In this document: positions 1 through 8,883 of the stretch, piece after piece
How positions within the stretch are numbered: position 1 is the first letter of the stretch
Layout: each line of letters opens with the position of its first letter
Source: an uncultured Bacteroidales bacterium
GTDB taxonomy: Bacteria; Bacteroidota; Bacteroidia; Bacteroidales; ML635J-15
Direction: 5' to 3'
Length of the DNA stretch: 64,000 nucleotides
Assembly: GCA_964418565.1 (NCBI GenBank)
Contig: CAYQMB010000002.1
Span: forward strand, 1,993-65,992
The notes under the pieces: model-generated
Database searches by the model: none
Seen by the model: the letters and a program-made list of their open reading frames with translations, nothing else
What the model was told of the DNA's origin: nothing
Program-made: the position numbers and the translations under genes

Positions 1-698
1 GGGAAGTGGAAAAAATGTCCAAATCGAAGTATAACGTTCAGAACCCGGACGACCTTGTTGAGCAGTATGGTGCCGACACCCTGCGCATGTATGAAATGTT
101 TTTGGGCCCCATTGAAGCCCACAAGCCCTGGGATACCAACGGCATTGAAGGCGTTTTCCGTTTCGTGAAAAAATTCTGGCGCCTGTTCCACGATAAAGAC
201 AATCAGTTTGTTGTTTCGGGTGCAAAAGCAGACGACAAAGCACGCAAAAGCCTGCACGCCTGCATTAAAAAGGTGGGTGAAGATATTGAGCGTTTTTCGT
301 TCAACACATGCATTTCCTCACTGATGATCACCACCAACGAACTGGCGGAACAAAATGCAAACCAAAAAGAAATTCTGGAGCCTATGGTCATCCTACTGGC
401 TCCCTTTGCACCGCATCTGGCTGAAGAGCTCTGGAGCCTTCTGGGGAATAAAGGGTCTGTTGTGAATGCAGAATTCCCGGCATTTGACGCCTCCCTGCTG
501 GTGGAAAACAGCTATGAATATCCGGTATCGTTCAACGGAAAAATGCGTTTTAAAATGGAAGTACCAAACGACATGTTAAAGGATGACATTCAGGAAGCTG
601 TTATGAATCACGAAAAAGCTCAGAAATGGATTGAAGGCAAGCAGCTCATCAAATTCATCTTTGTCCCCAAGAAAATTATTAATGTGGTGGTTAAATAA
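1..698 (+). CDS. leuS: Leucine--tRNA ligase, C-terminal fragment (5' end lies outside the window)
   Basis: The reading frame is open to the window edge. It carries the class I KMSKS loop 'KMSKSKYNV', then 'YGADTLRMYEMFLGP' and a C-terminal region typical of bacterial LeuRS. Confidence 0.9.
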   Translation, partial: EVEKMSKSKYNVQNPDDLVEQYGADTLRMYEMFLGPIEAHKPWDTNGIEGVFRFVKKFWRLFHDKDNQFVVSGAKADDKARKSLHACIKKVGEDIERFSFNTCISSLMITTNELAEQNANQKEILEPMVILLAPFAPHLAEELWSLLGNKGSVVNAEFPAFDASLLVENSYEYPVSFNGKMRFKMEVPNDMLKDDIQEAVMNHEKAQKWIEGKQLIKFIFVPKKIINVVVK

Positions 699-720
699 TC
701 CCAAAGCATTCAACTATTAC

Positions 721-760
721 AGCGGCGTGGACATTAACGTGTTTGCGCCGCTTTTCTTTT
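721..760 (+). terminator. Rho-independent terminator candidate after leuS
   Basis: Inverted repeat AGCGGCG (721-727) / CGCCGCT (746-752) is followed by TTTTCTTTT. It begins 23 nt after the leuS stop. Confidence 0.6.
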
Positions 761-866
761 GCACTTTCTTTTACTACCATCCGGATTTGAGCCTTTTTCT
801 TTGCAGGTCAGGACATTTAAACACAAAAAGATTAAACGGAGAATTGTTTGGGTATGATATTTGAGT

Positions 867-874
867 TATTTTTG
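867..874 (+). promoter_or_regulatory. Bacteroidota-type -7 promoter box (TATTTTTG)
   Basis: Matches the TAnnTTTG consensus 23 nt upstream of ATG 898. A TTTG at 847-850 could be the -33 element. Confidence 0.4.
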
Positions 875-897
875 ATTGATAATCAAATCAGCACAAA

Positions 898-1845
898 ATG
901 AAAAAATACATATCCTTGTTATTGCTGTTAAGCCTGTCTTTTGGTCTTTCATACGCTCAGGGTCAAATCGAAGAACACAAGCCCATGGGGTGTTTGTCAT
1001 ATCATTTTTACAAAAAGAAACTTGAGCGACAGAGAAATGATAAACGCAGAATTAAAGCGGCTGAAAGAAAACTTAAACGAAAATACATTTCAGCAAATCA
1101 GGTTTATAAAACGCTTAAATACTTTGAGTCTGCTGATTACAAGCTGGTATACGCAAAAACCGCATTTGATAAATTATCGGACAAATCCAATGCTTTAAGA
1201 ATTTGCAGTGCTTTGGAAAATCAAACGCATTATGATCTTTTGTGGGATTACATTCAGAAAGAAAGCGTTGAGTATCATGTGGATCCAACGGATTTAAACT
1301 CGTACGCAGAATATCTGAAACTCAAGGACAGAAAGAAAGACAAACAGTACGACACGCAGGCTGATTATCATGATTACAGCAAAGAAAATCAGATGGCAAA
1401 CAATGAAAGCGAATCATCATCACAAACAGAGACTGACGAAGAGGAAAATACGGAGGAGACCAAAGACATCGAAACGGAGGTAAACGCCCCTGACACTGTT
1501 AAATCAGCCAAAAAGGAAATTTTCTTTCCTGATTTTCAAAACTATTCAGGACAGACTAACTGCAAAGAGCCAATGAGTGAAAAAACCTTTTATGCCTTTG
1601 CAAATGCCATTGTAAAGATACCTACTGATGAAGAAAAATCTAAAATCGGGATTGAATACGCACAAAAATATTGCATGCCTACCCAATATGCCATGAAAAT
1701 CAGCATTTTCATCAAAGATCAGAAGTTGCGCTATTTTTACCTGAAATCTGTTTATGAATTCATTTATGATAAAGAAAACTTTCATCATGCCGCGCAATTG
1801 TTATCGGATCAAAAACTGAAAGACAAAATTGCACAGTTAAAATAA
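898..1845 (+). CDS. Secreted hypothetical protein, possibly with two DUF4476-like modules
   Basis: N-terminal signal peptide (MKKYISLLLLLSLSFGLSYAQ). A central acidic S/E/T-rich linker separates two modules. The C-terminal segment 'KTFYAFANAI...DQKLRYFYLKSVYEFIYDKENF' resembles DUF4476 as I remember it. Confidence 0.6.
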   Translation: MKKYISLLLLLSLSFGLSYAQGQIEEHKPMGCLSYHFYKKKLERQRNDKRRIKAAERKLKRKYISANQVYKTLKYFESADYKLVYAKTAFDKLSDKSNALRICSALENQTHYDLLWDYIQKESVEYHVDPTDLNSYAEYLKLKDRKKDKQYDTQADYHDYSKENQMANNESESSSQTETDEEENTEETKDIETEVNAPDTVKSAKKEIFFPDFQNYSGQTNCKEPMSEKTFYAFANAIVKIPTDEEKSKIGIEYAQKYCMPTQYAMKISIFIKDQKLRYFYLKSVYEFIYDKENFHHAAQLLSDQKLKDKIAQLK

Positions 1846-2075
1846 CTTAATCATCTGTCTGATATTTGATTACATGCTCACCACGGATTCATAATGTTGA
1901 TGATTTTTATCTGAAAAACAAGACAGTGTGGCAACTGTATGCCTAAGCCATCCCCACGCATTGTCAGGAAAAAGGTTTTTCTTAAGAACATATTAACAAA
2001 GCGAACACCCATTTTTCATTTGAATATTGTACATTTATCAAGCGTTTTAGAATTACAAATAAAAATCGGAATATT

Positions 2076-4265
2076 ATGAAAAAGCTTAGCTTACTACTGA
2101 TCGGAATGTTTGCCATTTTCACCATGGCTAAAGCCGATGAAGGGATGTGGATTCCCGGCCATATCAGCAAAATGAACTACACTGATATGCAAAAGCTCGG
2201 TCTTAAACTGAGTCCTGAAGAAATTTACAGCATTAACAACTCCAGTCTGAAAGACGCCATTTTCCAGCTTTTGGGAGAAAGCGGACAGGGCTTTTGCACC
2301 GGCGAAATGGTTTCCGACAAAGGCCTGATGTTTACCAATCACCATTGCGGATACGAAGCCATTGCAAACCTCTCAAGCACGGAATCAAACTATCTGGATG
2401 ACGGCTACTGGGCTAAAAACCTGGATGAAGAGATACCCGTACCAGGCATTAGTGTTTCCCGCGTTGTTCGCATTGAGAATGTCACTGACAAGGTTTTGAA
2501 AGACATCGATTATGAAACTGAAGAAAGCGAGCGTGACAAACTCGTTAATGAACGGCTAGGAACAATTGCAGACGAAGCCATTGCAGACAACAATTACCGG
2601 GCGAACGTTAAAGAAATGTATCAGGGAGGAGAATACTACCTATTTGTTTATGAGGAATTTGGTGATGTGCGTTTTGTTGGTGCACCTCCTTCTTCCATTG
2701 GCAAATACGGTGGCGATACTGACAACTGGATGTGGCCCCGCCATACAGGAGATTTCTCCATGTTCCGTGTTTATATGTCACAGGATGGACAACCCACCAA
2801 TGAATATCAGGAAGATAATATCCCATACAAGCCTTTACATCATCTTCCCATTAACATTGAAGAGAAAAAAGAAGGTGATTTTACCATGATTATGGGCTAT
2901 CCCGGACAAACCGAACGTTACCTGAGTGCTGCCGGCATGAAATACAAAATGAACACCTGGGACCCCATGGTAGTACGCTTACTCGGCAAAAAGCTGGAAA
3001 TCATGAAACGTTATATGGATGCTGATCCAGAACTTGATCTCGAACTTGCAGATGAATACGCCAGCCTGGCAAATGGCCATAAGCTTTTCAAAGGTGAAGC
3101 TGAAAACCTCAGAAATACAGATGCTATACAGCGCCGAACCAAACTGCAGGAAGACTTTAAACAATGGGTAAACAAAAAAGATGAGCGCAAGGATAAATAC
3201 GCAAATGTTCTCACATCGCTTGAGGAAGATTATCAGAACATGGCGCCTGCAAGTGAAAAGATGATCTATGCTTCACTGGGTCTTATACAGGCAAGCGGGC
3301 AGGTAATGTATGCACGGCAATTTATGAGGCTGAAAAAATTGCTTGAAGAAAAGAAAGACAACGAATCCGATATTGAAACCACTGCTGAACGGCTGAAAAA
3401 GGGTGTTGACGAACAATTTGAAAACTTCCATAAGGAGCTCGACATGGATATCCTTGAAGATATGTTCAAACTTTATGTTGAAGACCTTCCGGCAGAGAAA
3501 CAAATTGCATTTTTCACAGAATACCTACCGGATGAATATAAAGCAGACAATATCAATGAATCCATTGATGAATTTATGGAGGAGCTCAAAGAAGAGTCCA
3601 TCTTCACCAGTAAAGAGCGCATGTTGGAATTCCTGGATAAGCCAAAGCACAAAACCCTTGAAAAAGACCCAATGATGAACTTTTTCGAAAGCCTTTTCAG
3701 TGAAATCATGGGCCTTCAGGGATCATACATGAGTCTTCAAAACAGCATTGACGACAATGAACGTAAATTTATTGCCGGCTTGCGCGAATTCCAGCCAAAC
3801 GAGCCATTCTATCCGGATGCAAACTCCACCCTGCGCTTAACCTATGGTAAGATTAAAGACTACGATCCGAAAGATGCCGTACATTATCATGAATTCACCT
3901 ATGCAGAAGGTATACTGGAAAAATACATTCCGGGTGATGATGAATTTGATCTGGATCCCAAGCTAATAAAACTGATTAAAAACAAGGATTACGGCCGTTA
4001 CGCAGATCATACCGGTAGTGTTCCCGTTTGTTTCCTCAGCGATAATGATATTACCGGTGGAAATTCAGGAAGTCCCATCCTCAACGGCAAAGGCGAACTT
4101 ATCGGCCTGGCATTTGACGGCAACTGGGAGTGGCTGTGCAGCAACCTGATATACAATCCTGAACTGCAGCGTACCATTAATGTTGACTCACGCTATGTCT
4201 TGTGGGTAATTGAAAAATTTGGCGGTGCAAAAAACATCATTGATGAACTTGATGTTGTAGAATAA
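2076..4265 (+). CDS. S46 family dipeptidyl-peptidase, DPP7-type
   Basis: Signal peptide followed by 'DEGMWIP'. Catalytic His context 'FTNHHCGY' and Ser context 'GGNSGSPILN'. The S1-subsite position reads 'AFDGNWE' (Gly, as in DPP7), not 'FDRNWE' (Arg, as in DPP11). Confidence 0.9.
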   Translation: MKKLSLLLIGMFAIFTMAKADEGMWIPGHISKMNYTDMQKLGLKLSPEEIYSINNSSLKDAIFQLLGESGQGFCTGEMVSDKGLMFTNHHCGYEAIANLSSTESNYLDDGYWAKNLDEEIPVPGISVSRVVRIENVTDKVLKDIDYETEESERDKLVNERLGTIADEAIADNNYRANVKEMYQGGEYYLFVYEEFGDVRFVGAPPSSIGKYGGDTDNWMWPRHTGDFSMFRVYMSQDGQPTNEYQEDNIPYKPLHHLPINIEEKKEGDFTMIMGYPGQTERYLSAAGMKYKMNTWDPMVVRLLGKKLEIMKRYMDADPELDLELADEYASLANGHKLFKGEAENLRNTDAIQRRTKLQEDFKQWVNKKDERKDKYANVLTSLEEDYQNMAPASEKMIYASLGLIQASGQVMYARQFMRLKKLLEEKKDNESDIETTAERLKKGVDEQFENFHKELDMDILEDMFKLYVEDLPAEKQIAFFTEYLPDEYKADNINESIDEFMEELKEESIFTSKERMLEFLDKPKHKTLEKDPMMNFFESLFSEIMGLQGSYMSLQNSIDDNERKFIAGLREFQPNEPFYPDANSTLRLTYGKIKDYDPKDAVHYHEFTYAEGILEKYIPGDDEFDLDPKLIKLIKNKDYGRYADHTGSVPVCFLSDNDITGGNSGSPILNGKGELIGLAFDGNWEWLCSNLIYNPELQRTINVDSRYVLWVIEKFGGAKNIIDELDVVE

Positions 4266-4284
4266 TCTCCATTACATTCAATTC

Positions 4285-4316
4285 AAAACCGCCTTTTTCA
4301 GGGCGGTTTTTTTTGT
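4285..4316 (+). terminator. Rho-independent terminator after the S46 peptidase gene
   Basis: AAAACCGCC / GGCGGTTTT stem with loop TTTTTCAG, followed by a run of T residues. It begins 20 nt after the stop codon. Confidence 0.8.
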
Positions 4317-4428
4317 GCTTTATCCCGGCGTTTCACGCTTGTATCACACGGATATTCGGCATGATGCAATCAGTCTGAAGGGCAGTATTCCTCCGGCTAA
4401 GCATAAAACCGTAAAATGGGAGCTGTTT

Positions 4429-5274
4429 TTATGCAATAAGGATGATATACAAGCTTATCAGGGGGAGAATAAGCAGAAACGAATCAAATCGATCAAGCAA
4501 GCCACCGTGACCCGGTAAGATGGTACCGCTGTCTTTTGCGCCGGCCATCCGCTTAAGCTGGCTGATAAAAAGATCACCGAGGGTTCCGGCCACTACAACT
4601 ATAAGCACAGCACCAATCCATTGAGGGATGCTCATTATGCCAACATACCGGTGCAGGAGAAAAACCGTTGGAAAAAGAAAAAGCAGCCCTCCGAGGAGAC
4701 CTTCCCAGCTTTTTTTGGGTGAAATACGTGGTGCAATTTTATGCTTGCCAAACACTGAGCCTGAGAGGTAAGCAAAACTGTCAAAGACCCAAATCATTAC
4801 AAATACAGAAAGCAATAAAGCCGGACGATAAGCTGAGTGGAAAAGCTCCGTGCCCATGCTCAAAAACGAACTTTTGGAAATCATCAAAAGCAAAAACCCG
4901 GACATAGCCAGTGGAAATGACACATAAATGCTTACCAAAATGGTGTTGATGAAGGTTCGCAGGCTGTCCGTAAAGAGGCTTCGAACCAGCATGTAAACCA
5001 GCGGAATGGAAACAAAAAGGATAAAAACGATATCGGTGCGGGCAAACAACCAGACATAAAACACAGCAGACAAGAAAAACAATGTGGCAATGGACGCCGC
5101 TGGTTTCAATATCGTAAAACCGGCCTTCTGCATGAGTGAGGAGAATTCATTAGCAAGAACAAAACCAATGAGAAGTATCAACACATACCATATATACCAT
5201 GCTGCACTGATTGCAAAACACACAACAGCAACATAAATAATACCGGTAATGCTTCGTTTGAGCAGCTTATTCAA
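4429..5274 (-). CDS. cdsA: Phosphatidate cytidylyltransferase
   Basis: Polytopic membrane protein with the CTP-transferase signature 'SQLKRMAGAKDSGTILPGHGGLLDRFDS' and 'KKSWEGLLGG'. Confidence 0.9.
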   Translation of the reverse strand: MNKLLKRSITGIIYVAVVCFAISAAWYIWYVLILLIGFVLANEFSSLMQKAGFTILKPAASIATLFFLSAVFYVWLFARTDIVFILFVSIPLVYMLVRSLFTDSLRTFINTILVSIYVSFPLAMSGFLLLMISKSSFLSMGTELFHSAYRPALLLSVFVMIWVFDSFAYLSGSVFGKHKIAPRISPKKSWEGLLGGLLFLFPTVFLLHRYVGIMSIPQWIGAVLIVVVAGTLGDLFISQLKRMAGAKDSGTILPGHGGLLDRFDSFLLILPLISLYIILIA

Positions 5275-5494
5275 TCTCTAGATCTTTTTTAAATCTGTCA
5301 ATAATGCCGTTGGCTTTTTCCAGGTTTGGTTTTTCAACCATCAGGTCTATTTCCCCAAAAAGGTACGAGCTGTCTTTTTTATTCATCTGCACAGATTCTA
5401 TACCTTCCTTTAAAAGAGCCTGCTCAGCCAGAGCTATCAGATGAGGCTGACCGGTTGCAAACACCTTAACCCAGTCGTCATGCGTTTTTGTCAT
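5267..5494 (-). CDS. Small DUF2007-like protein (putative signal-transducing protein fold)
   Basis: I start this gene at the ATG at 5494 ('[35 protein letters not shown]...'). The longer ORF 5267..5713 in the track extends into the ftsH tail in another frame. The gene overlaps the ftsH stop by 17 nt and the cdsA start by 8 nt. Confidence 0.6.
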   Translation of the reverse strand: MTKTHDDWVKVFATGQPHLIALAEQALLKEGIESVQMNKKDSSYLFGEIDLMVEKPNLEKANGIIDRFKKDLEIE

Positions 5495-7631
5495 CCTTCT
5501 TGTCCTCCAATTTTTCATCCTTTTCACCCTCAGCATCATCATTTTTCTGATCAGAGGGTTTTGATTTACCTTCAGAATCCTGTTTTTCTTTGGTATCGGA
5601 ATTTGATTTCTCTTTCTCCTTTTTATCAGAACCTGATGATTCCACATCTTTGATAAGCTTTTCACGCTCTTCCTCGCCTTTGCGTTTGCCAAAGATTTTT
5701 TCAAGGTCTTCACTAAAAATCACTTCCTCTTCAAGGAGTCGCTCTGCCAGTTTGGATAACCCTTCTTTATTGTTTTTCAGAACCTCAACAGCACGTGCGT
5801 ATTGTTCTTCCACAATGCGCTTAACTTCTTTATCAATGAGTTCAGCAGTTTCTTCGCTGTATGGTTTTGTGAAATTATAATCGGCCTGTCCGGTGGAATC
5901 ATAATAAGAAAGGTTACCAACTTTTTCGCTCATCCCGAAATATGAAACCATAGCCACAGCCTGTTTGGTAACTTTTTCAAGATCGTTAAGGGCACCAGTG
6001 GATATTTTATCGAAATTAATTTCTTCAGAAGCTCTTCCACCAAGGGCTGAGCACATCTCATCCAGCATTTGTTCGGTTGTAGTAATCTGTCGTTCTTCGG
6101 GCAGGTACCAGGCAGCGCCCAGTGCCCTTCCACGTGGGATGATGGTAACTTTAACCAGTGGATTAGCGTGTTCCAGGAGCCAGCTAACGGTAGCATGTCC
6201 GGCTTCATGGAATGCAATTGTCCGTTTTTCCTGTTTTGAAATGATTTTATTTTTTCTTTCCAGCCCGCCCACGATACGGTCAACAGCAGCAAGAAAATCT
6301 TCTTTCTCAATGGCCTTCTTTTTGTTTCGTGCCGCAATGAGAGCTGCTTCATTACAGACGTTGGCAATATCGGCACCTGAAAAGCCAGGAGTTTGTTTAG
6401 CCAGTAGCTCAATGTCCACACTATCACTAAGCTTAAGTGGTTTGGCATGGACTTTAAAGATGGCAGCTCTTTCGTTCAGATCCGGAAGCTCAATATGGAT
6501 TTGTCTGTCAAAACGCCCGGCTCTCATCAACGCTTTATCCAGCATATCAGCTCTGTTTGTGGCTGCAAGAATGATAACACCGGAGTTGGTACCAAATCCA
6601 TCCATTTCTGTCAGGAGCTGATTAAGGGTATTCTCACGTTCATCATTTGATCCCATATTGGGATTTTTCCCACGCGCTCTTCCAATGGCATCAATTTCAT
6701 CAATAAAGATGATGCATGGGGCTTTGGTTTTAGCCTGCTTAAAAAGGTCTCTAACCCTTGAGGCACCAACACCCACAAACATCTCAACAAAATCCGAACC
6801 CGACATTGAGAAAAAAGGCACATTTGCTTCGCCGGCAACGGCACGTGCAATAAGGGTTTTACCGGTTCCCGGAGGGCCTACCAAAAGTGCTCCTTTTGGA
6901 ATCTGCCCGCCCAATTCCGTATATCGTTTGGGGTGTTTAAGGAAATCAACAATTTCCATAACTTCCACTTTAGCCTCTTCCAGACCGGCAACATCTTTAA
7001 AATCAACTTTCGTATCTTTTTCTTTATCAAACAGCTGTGCTTTGGATTTCCCAACATTGAAAATCTGATTTCCTCCTTTTCCACCACCGCTCATTTTGCG
7101 GAACATAAATACCCAAAGGGCAATGATTATACCAATGGGCAGGAGCCATGTCAGCATCTCTCCCATATAATTATGATCGGTACGGTATTCTGCCACCACC
7201 CGCTTATCTTCAGGTTTGTTTTTCTGAGCTTCTGCCAGCTGACGTTCAAAAGTTTCCACATCGCCGATATTGAAATAATATTCGGGTCCATCCTGAAAAT
7301 TACTTGTAGCAGCATCCTCGTATTTGTTCCCGGATAATGCTTCCTCTTTCAGATAAACTTCGACTTTTTCCTTGTTAACCACAACGACTTTTTCAACATC
7401 ATTGCTGGCAAGCATGGTTTCCTCAAAACGTTGCCGGTTTATCTGTTGTGCTCCCCCACCAGTGTTTAAAAACTGCATGGCAATAAGTATTAATGCAACA
7501 GCACCAAATACCCAGTACATGGAAAATTTTGGTTTGCCATTTCCGGGTTTATTCGTCTTATTGTTGTTATTGGGATCGGAATTTTTATTGGAGTTGTTGT
7601 TTCCGAATCCCTGTTTGTTTTCGTTTGACAT
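5478..7631 (-). CDS. ftsH: ATP-dependent zinc metalloprotease FtsH
   Basis: Walker A 'GPPGTGKT', AAA second region of homology, zinc motif 'HEAGHA', and two TM segments. The N-terminus is N-rich and the C-terminal tail is K/E/D-rich, both low complexity. Confidence 0.97.
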   Translation of the reverse strand: MSNENKQGFGNNNSNKNSDPNNNNKTNKPGNGKPKFSMYWVFGAVALILIAMQFLNTGGGAQQINRQRFEETMLASNDVEKVVVVNKEKVEVYLKEEALSGNKYEDAATSNFQDGPEYYFNIGDVETFERQLAEAQKNKPEDKRVVAEYRTDHNYMGEMLTWLLPIGIIIALWVFMFRKMSGGGKGGNQIFNVGKSKAQLFDKEKDTKVDFKDVAGLEEAKVEVMEIVDFLKHPKRYTELGGQIPKGALLVGPPGTGKTLIARAVAGEANVPFFSMSGSDFVEMFVGVGASRVRDLFKQAKTKAPCIIFIDEIDAIGRARGKNPNMGSNDERENTLNQLLTEMDGFGTNSGVIILAATNRADMLDKALMRAGRFDRQIHIELPDLNERAAIFKVHAKPLKLSDSVDIELLAKQTPGFSGADIANVCNEAALIAARNKKKAIEKEDFLAAVDRIVGGLERKNKIISKQEKRTIAFHEAGHATVSWLLEHANPLVKVTIIPRGRALGAAWYLPEERQITTTEQMLDEMCSALGGRASEEINFDKISTGALNDLEKVTKQAVAMVSYFGMSEKVGNLSYYDSTGQADYNFTKPYSEETAELIDKEVKRIVEEQYARAVEVLKNNKEGLSKLAERLLEEEVIFSEDLEKIFGKRKGEEEREKLIKDVESSGSDKKEKEKSNSDTKEKQDSEGKSKPSDQKNDDAEGEKDEKLEDKKDDKNA

Positions 7632-7678
7632 AATTTAAAATTATCTATTAAAAGTAAACCAATAATGCGGGTTCTGGT

Positions 7679-8068
7679 TTAATGTTGTGCAGCATCGGGT
7701 TCAATTCTTTCAGAAGGCGCATCAGCCCAAAGGTTTTCAAGCTGATAAAACTTCCTGTAATCAGTACGAAAGATGTGAACAACGACATCCACGTAATCCA
7801 GAAGTATCCAGTTTGAATTAGTCATACCCTCTTTACTTAATGGGATTTCACCGGTTTGTTTTTTAACAAGATGCAGCACTTCATTGGCAATGGCATGCAT
7901 CTGTACATCGGTATTGGCATGACATATCACAAAATACTGTGTAACAGCATTATCAAGGGGGCGCAGGTCAATATTAAGAAGATCATGCCCATTTTTATTG
8001 AGGATACCATCGTTAATAAGACTTACCAGTTCGTCCGTAGCATGTGTAAGGTCTTTTGTTCCTTCCAT
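7679..8068 (-). CDS. rsfS: Ribosome silencing factor RsfS (iojap family)
   Basis: About 120 aa, with 'YFVICHANTDVQMHAIANEV' and 'WILLDYVDVVVHIFRTDYRKFYQLENLW', which is typical of RsfS. It sits directly upstream of ftsH. Confidence 0.9.
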   Translation of the reverse strand: MEGTKDLTHATDELVSLINDGILNKNGHDLLNIDLRPLDNAVTQYFVICHANTDVQMHAIANEVLHLVKKQTGEIPLSKEGMTNSNWILLDYVDVVVHIFRTDYRKFYQLENLWADAPSERIEPDAAQH

Positions 8069-8080
8069 TTACTTTTTTTG

Positions 8081-8088
8081 CAAAGATA
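8081..8088 (-). promoter_or_regulatory. Bacteroidota-type -7 promoter box (TATCTTTG on the minus strand)
   Basis: The reverse complement of CAAAGATA reads TATCTTTG. It lies 12 nt upstream of the rsfS ATG (8068). Confidence 0.45.
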
Positions 8089-8120
8089 AGGAATCAGCAC
8101 TGAAATTACATACATTTTAA

Positions 8121-8152
8121 CAAAATAAAAACGCCATCCGTAGGAATGACGT
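8121..8152 (-). terminator. Rho-independent terminator after the lipoprotein gene
   Basis: The minus-strand RNA reads ACGUCAU-loop-AUGGCGU (one G-U pair) followed by UUUUUAUUUU. It lies 28 nt past the stop at 8180. Confidence 0.65.
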
Positions 8153-8179
8153 TTTTATTTTCAGGTTTATATGTGTTTT

Positions 8180-8770
8180 TTAGTACTGGCCTTCTTCTTC
8201 AAGTGCTTCCATTTCTTCATTGAAGATTTCTTCAAATTTCTGCTTGTCATAATCAACCTGCAGTTTCTGGTTTTGTGATAAACTGTTTTCAATGCCATTC
8301 AACATAGCATCTTTACTGACCTCAATGGCTACATAAGTGGAGTATTTACCATTTTCTTCCTCAAAGGATTTTTCACAGGTAACAGCCACATCAACCAGTT
8401 TTTGTTTCACCACTTCACGGGTAAGGTTTTCAAATTTGGCTTCAAACTGTGAGTTATCACCAAATTCAGTTTCATTAACGTACCGGTCTGTAACAGACTT
8501 GATTTTGGTTTCAATGAAACCTGCCAGACGCTGTTTAGCAGCGGTCATCGCTTTTTCGCGTGAAAGGTTCATATCCTGTGATGTGGAACTCGCATCGGCT
8601 CTGAAAAAATTCTTGTCAGAGCGGCCCTCACTGGCACATGGGATAACAATTTCCTTACTACCTTCACTGGCCTCAGTGGTTTCTTTGTTTCCTTTACAAG
8701 AGGTAAAGATCATTGCTGTGGAGACAAAACCCACTAGCATAACGTTTTTAATCAGTGTCGTTGTTTTCAT
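8180..8770 (-). CDS. Lipoprotein, possibly LPP20-like
   Basis: Signal peptide with lipobox 'IFTSC'. The rest is a helical, K/E-rich mature domain. The LPP20 assignment is only a recollection-level resemblance. Confidence 0.7.
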   Translation of the reverse strand: MKTTTLIKNVMLVGFVSTAMIFTSCKGNKETTEASEGSKEIVIPCASEGRSDKNFFRADASSTSQDMNLSREKAMTAAKQRLAGFIETKIKSVTDRYVNETEFGDNSQFEAKFENLTREVVKQKLVDVAVTCEKSFEEENGKYSTYVAIEVSKDAMLNGIENSLSQNQKLQVDYDKQKFEEIFNEEMEALEEEGQY

Positions 8771-8883
8771 GATACTGGTTTTTAAGTTAAAACTTCAAAT
8801 TTTCTTTAAAATTACAACAAAATTTGTATGTTGCAAATCAATTGTTTCATTTTAGAAAAGCTTTAAACAAAATTTATGCCATT

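Noticed and set aside
631-864. 77-aa ORF after leuS
   Set aside because: It starts out of frame inside leuS and runs across the leuS terminator hairpin and the next promoter. There is no coding support.
4315-4518. 67-aa ORF in the convergent gap between the S46 peptidase gene and cdsA
   Set aside because: It begins right after a strong terminator, runs antisense into the cdsA 3' end, and has neither a promoter box nor a motif.
5478-5640. Possible tandem repeat in the ftsH 3' end
   Set aside because: The region encodes a K/E/D/S low-complexity tail ('[21 protein letters not shown]...') with no exact nucleotide period. It is compositional bias rather than a repeat element.
5495-5713. N-terminal 73 aa of the track ORF 5267..5713 (K/R-rich)
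   Set aside because: This part overlaps the ftsH C-terminal K/E/D-rich tail in another frame and looks like a frame-shadow of low-complexity sequence. The recognisable small-protein fold begins at ATG 5494.
5965-6621. 218-aa ORF antisense to ftsH (with several other ORFs between 5590 and 7638)
   Set aside because: It lies within the highly conserved AAA/protease core of ftsH. Its S/A/R-rich translation is characteristic of an antisense frame.
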